In this document: positions 62,397 to 64,000 of the stretch, one piece after another
Layout of the letters: each line of letters opens with the position of its first letter
Position numbering within the stretch: the first letter of the stretch is position 1
NCBI GenBank assembly: GCA_049366795.1
Contig: JBMNCP010000062.1
Location: 6,201 to 70,200, forward strand
From: Desulfobacterales bacterium
Lineage (GTDB): Bacteria > Desulfobacterota > Desulfobacteria > Desulfobacterales > UBA5852
Length of the DNA: 64,000 nucleotides
Reading direction: 5' to 3'
The notes under the pieces: generated by a model
Database searches by the model: none
The model's input: only the letters and a program-made list of their open reading frames with translations
Told to the model about the DNA's origin: nothing
Made by a program: the position numbers and the translations under genes

Positions 62397-62467
62397 CGTC
62401 TGCTGACCCCTTGCGTAGCTTCAAAAGTCCCCGTGCGCGGCATCGGCGATGCCTCTGAATCGGCCCC

Positions 62468-62496
62468 ATACAAAATCAAATGCAAGGCATTGTCAA
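62468..62496 (-). promoter_or_regulatory. Possible sigma70-like promoter for the DUF2914-cdaA genes
   Basis: Minus strand: TTGACA (62496-62491), 17-nt spacer, TTGTAT (62473-62468). The -10 element is weak. Confidence 0.3.
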
Positions 62497-62560
62497 TGCC
62501 CGACCGCGGGGGTGACCCTCTCCCGGCGGGTTTCATGTGCCGGTAACCGGGCTGATTGGA

Positions 62561-64000
62561 CTACCCGGCGGCGGCAAGCAGGTTCGGCTTGAAAGAGTGG
62601 ATCAGGGCGTCGTCCATGATGGCCTCGTGGCCCGCGATGGCGGCGACCACACGGCCTTCACCGTCCAGAAAGGTAAAATCCCCCTTTACTCTGCGTTCGG
62701 TCGCTTCTCGAATCTCGAGCACGGCCGTAATGGATTCCGACGGGTACACCCGCCGGTATTGACGATAGGCGGCGTTGTAGCTGGGAAGCGATACGCGTCC
62801 TTTCTGTTCGTGGCACCAGAGGCTTGCCATCTGATGCGCGGAGTCCAGAACCAGTGGGTCGGCGATCCAGCGGTTGCGGGGCGGGTCCGACATCCACTGA
62901 CTCGGGGAAGGGGCCGTTGCGAGCAGGGCGACCATCCCCCTGGGACCTAGATGTTCGACCTTGCGGATTCCCTGGAGGGCGTCTCCGTGAAACAGCACGT
63001 CCCGATAGATATCGCCGATCGGCCGGTGATAATTCCGATCCGACAGCTCCGGCGGTATGACGAAAGCGGGCGGAGGCGGAAACGTATCCGAAAGAATGGC
63101 CGTTGCCCGGGAGTGGACGATTTCGCGGTCGTTTTTGAATCCGTCTCTGAGTTCCAGGTCCACTGCGAATCCCGTGTCGCTTTTCCGCGCTTTTCCAGCC
63201 ATCAGGCGGATGTGCTTGCTGCCGTTGTCGATCACGACTCCCTTGAGCAGGCGCATATCGTCGATGCCCGACAAGACGAGCCCCGGGTTGTCGTGGAGGG
63301 CGCTGTGGGCAAACCACTCCGCCATCAGAGCGAAGGGGAGGACCGGTTTCCCGTCGAGTTTGTGATGGGTGAGCACGGGAACGGTCTTCTCATCGATTTC
63401 CCGTTGAAAATTCAACGACAGGTTTGACGTCGGCGGGTCCTGGATCACTTGGGGGGAAGCTTCGGTCATGGCGGTCGACGAGACTGCCGGTGCTTCCTCC
63501 GGCGGAAATCCGGAGCCGACGACGACTTCCACGTCGGCGCCGCCCTTGGCGGAGAGCTCGTGAAGAAGGGCATCCACGCCAGCGGGGACCGGGATCAGGG
63601 CGGTGCCGTTTCTGAGAAATTCCCGTTTCAGCGCCCCGGTGACCATTCCGCCGTCCCAGGGACCCCAGTTGAAGCTCACGACACGGCAGGCGGGGAACTG
63701 TTGAGCGATCGCCCGCGCCGTTTTGTTGAGGACCTCGTTGGCCGCCGCATAGTCCGACTGCCCACGGTTTCCGTAGCGCGCGGCCGCCGAGGAAAAGAGC
63801 GCCAGGTAGCGCAGCTCCTTCGGGTCGATGCCGGCGAGCAGGTTCCCCAATCCGCCGATCTTGGTGTCCAGCACCCGTTCGAACTGCTCGGCCGTCTTGT
63901 CCAGAATCAACCGGTCTTCCAGAACTCCGGCGCCATGCAGCAGGATCCTCACGGGTCCATGGACCAACTGAACATCCTTCAACACCGCCATCACCTTGTC
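62561..64000 (-). CDS. 3' end of a PfaA/Pfa2-like PUFA synthase subunit (KR C-terminal part + PKS-type DH). Partial: continues beyond the window.
   Basis: KR motifs LFSSAAARYGNRGQSDYAAANEVL. DH motif LTHHKLDGKPVLPFALMAEW (HxxxGxxxxP). The frame stays open to nt 64000 upstream of the track start at 63994. Confidence 0.8.
   Translation of the reverse strand, partial: DKVMAVLKDVQLVHGPVRILLHGAGVLEDRLILDKTAEQFERVLDTKIGGLGNLLAGIDPKELRYLALFSSAAARYGNRGQSDYAAANEVLNKTARAIAQQFPACRVVSFNWGPWDGGMVTGALKREFLRNGTALIPVPAGVDALLHELSAKGGADVEVVVGSGFPPEEAPAVSSTAMTEASPQVIQDPPTSNLSLNFQREIDEKTVPVLTHHKLDGKPVLPFALMAEWFAHSALHDNPGLVLSGIDDMRLLKGVVIDNGSKHIRLMAGKARKSDTGFAVDLELRDGFKNDREIVHSRATAILSDTFPPPPAFVIPPELSDRNYHRPIGDIYRDVLFHGDALQGIRKVEHLGPRGMVALLATAPSPSQWMSDPPRNRWIADPLVLDSAHQMASLWCHEQKGRVSLPSYNAAYRQYRRVYPSESITAVLEIREATERRVKGDFTFLDGEGRVVAAIAGHEAIMDDALIHSFKPNLLAAAG

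Noticed and set aside
62807-62830. Sigma54-like TGGCAC...TTGC motif (GTGGCACCAGAGGCTTGCC)
   Set aside because: The spacer is 7 nt rather than the canonical 5, and the motif lies inside the pfaA-like coding region.

Overview
This is a visually GC-rich bacterial chromosomal segment. The gene content (YgiQ, a divergent EF-G paralog, MglA/roadblock/DUF4388 genes, ole and pfa genes) suggests a deltaproteobacterium/Desulfobacterota-type organism; that is inference only. I support about 55 protein-coding genes. I saw no rRNA, tRNA, CRISPR array, transposase or integrase.

Layout:
(1) 0-22.6 kb is mostly housekeeping: ygiQ, ileS-lspA-holA-pyk, a liv-type branched-chain amino-acid ABC transporter, ADP-ribosylglycohydrolase, cspA, an EF-G paralog with a RecA/KaiC-like ATPase, an Smr protein, and an acetyl-CoA hydrolase-GNAT fusion.
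(2) 22.9-32.8 kb is a ten-gene co-directional cluster. It combines an MglA-like Ras GTPase, two roadblock/LC7 proteins, DUF4388 modules, output-less sensors, a REC-DUF4388 response regulator and an orphan PilB/GspE-type ATPase. This is my best candidate for an uncharacterised system.
(3) 33-40 kb holds rsmG, small membrane and stress proteins, and a PF04392-type ABC transporter.
(4) 40.05-43.68 kb is a three-gene minus-strand cassette (DUF711/UPF0210, double-ACT protein, FMN-dependent alpha-hydroxy-acid dehydrogenase). It is bracketed by inverted arrays of a 9-bp tandem repeat.
(5) 46.5-64 kb is a minus-strand lipid/hydrocarbon supercluster. It contains the 3' end of a pfaA-like gene (KR-DH), a 2334-aa KS-CLF-AT-DH-DH megasynthase, translationally coupled oleABCD, and a PocR protein. 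It is interrupted by DUF2914, a cdaA-ybbR fusion, and an oppositely oriented two-gene cassette (NifU-like, YkgJ-like) flanked by imperfect inverted repeats built from heptamer tandem arrays.

Many long ORFs in the six-frame track are antisense or alternative-frame shadows of real genes and are rejected.
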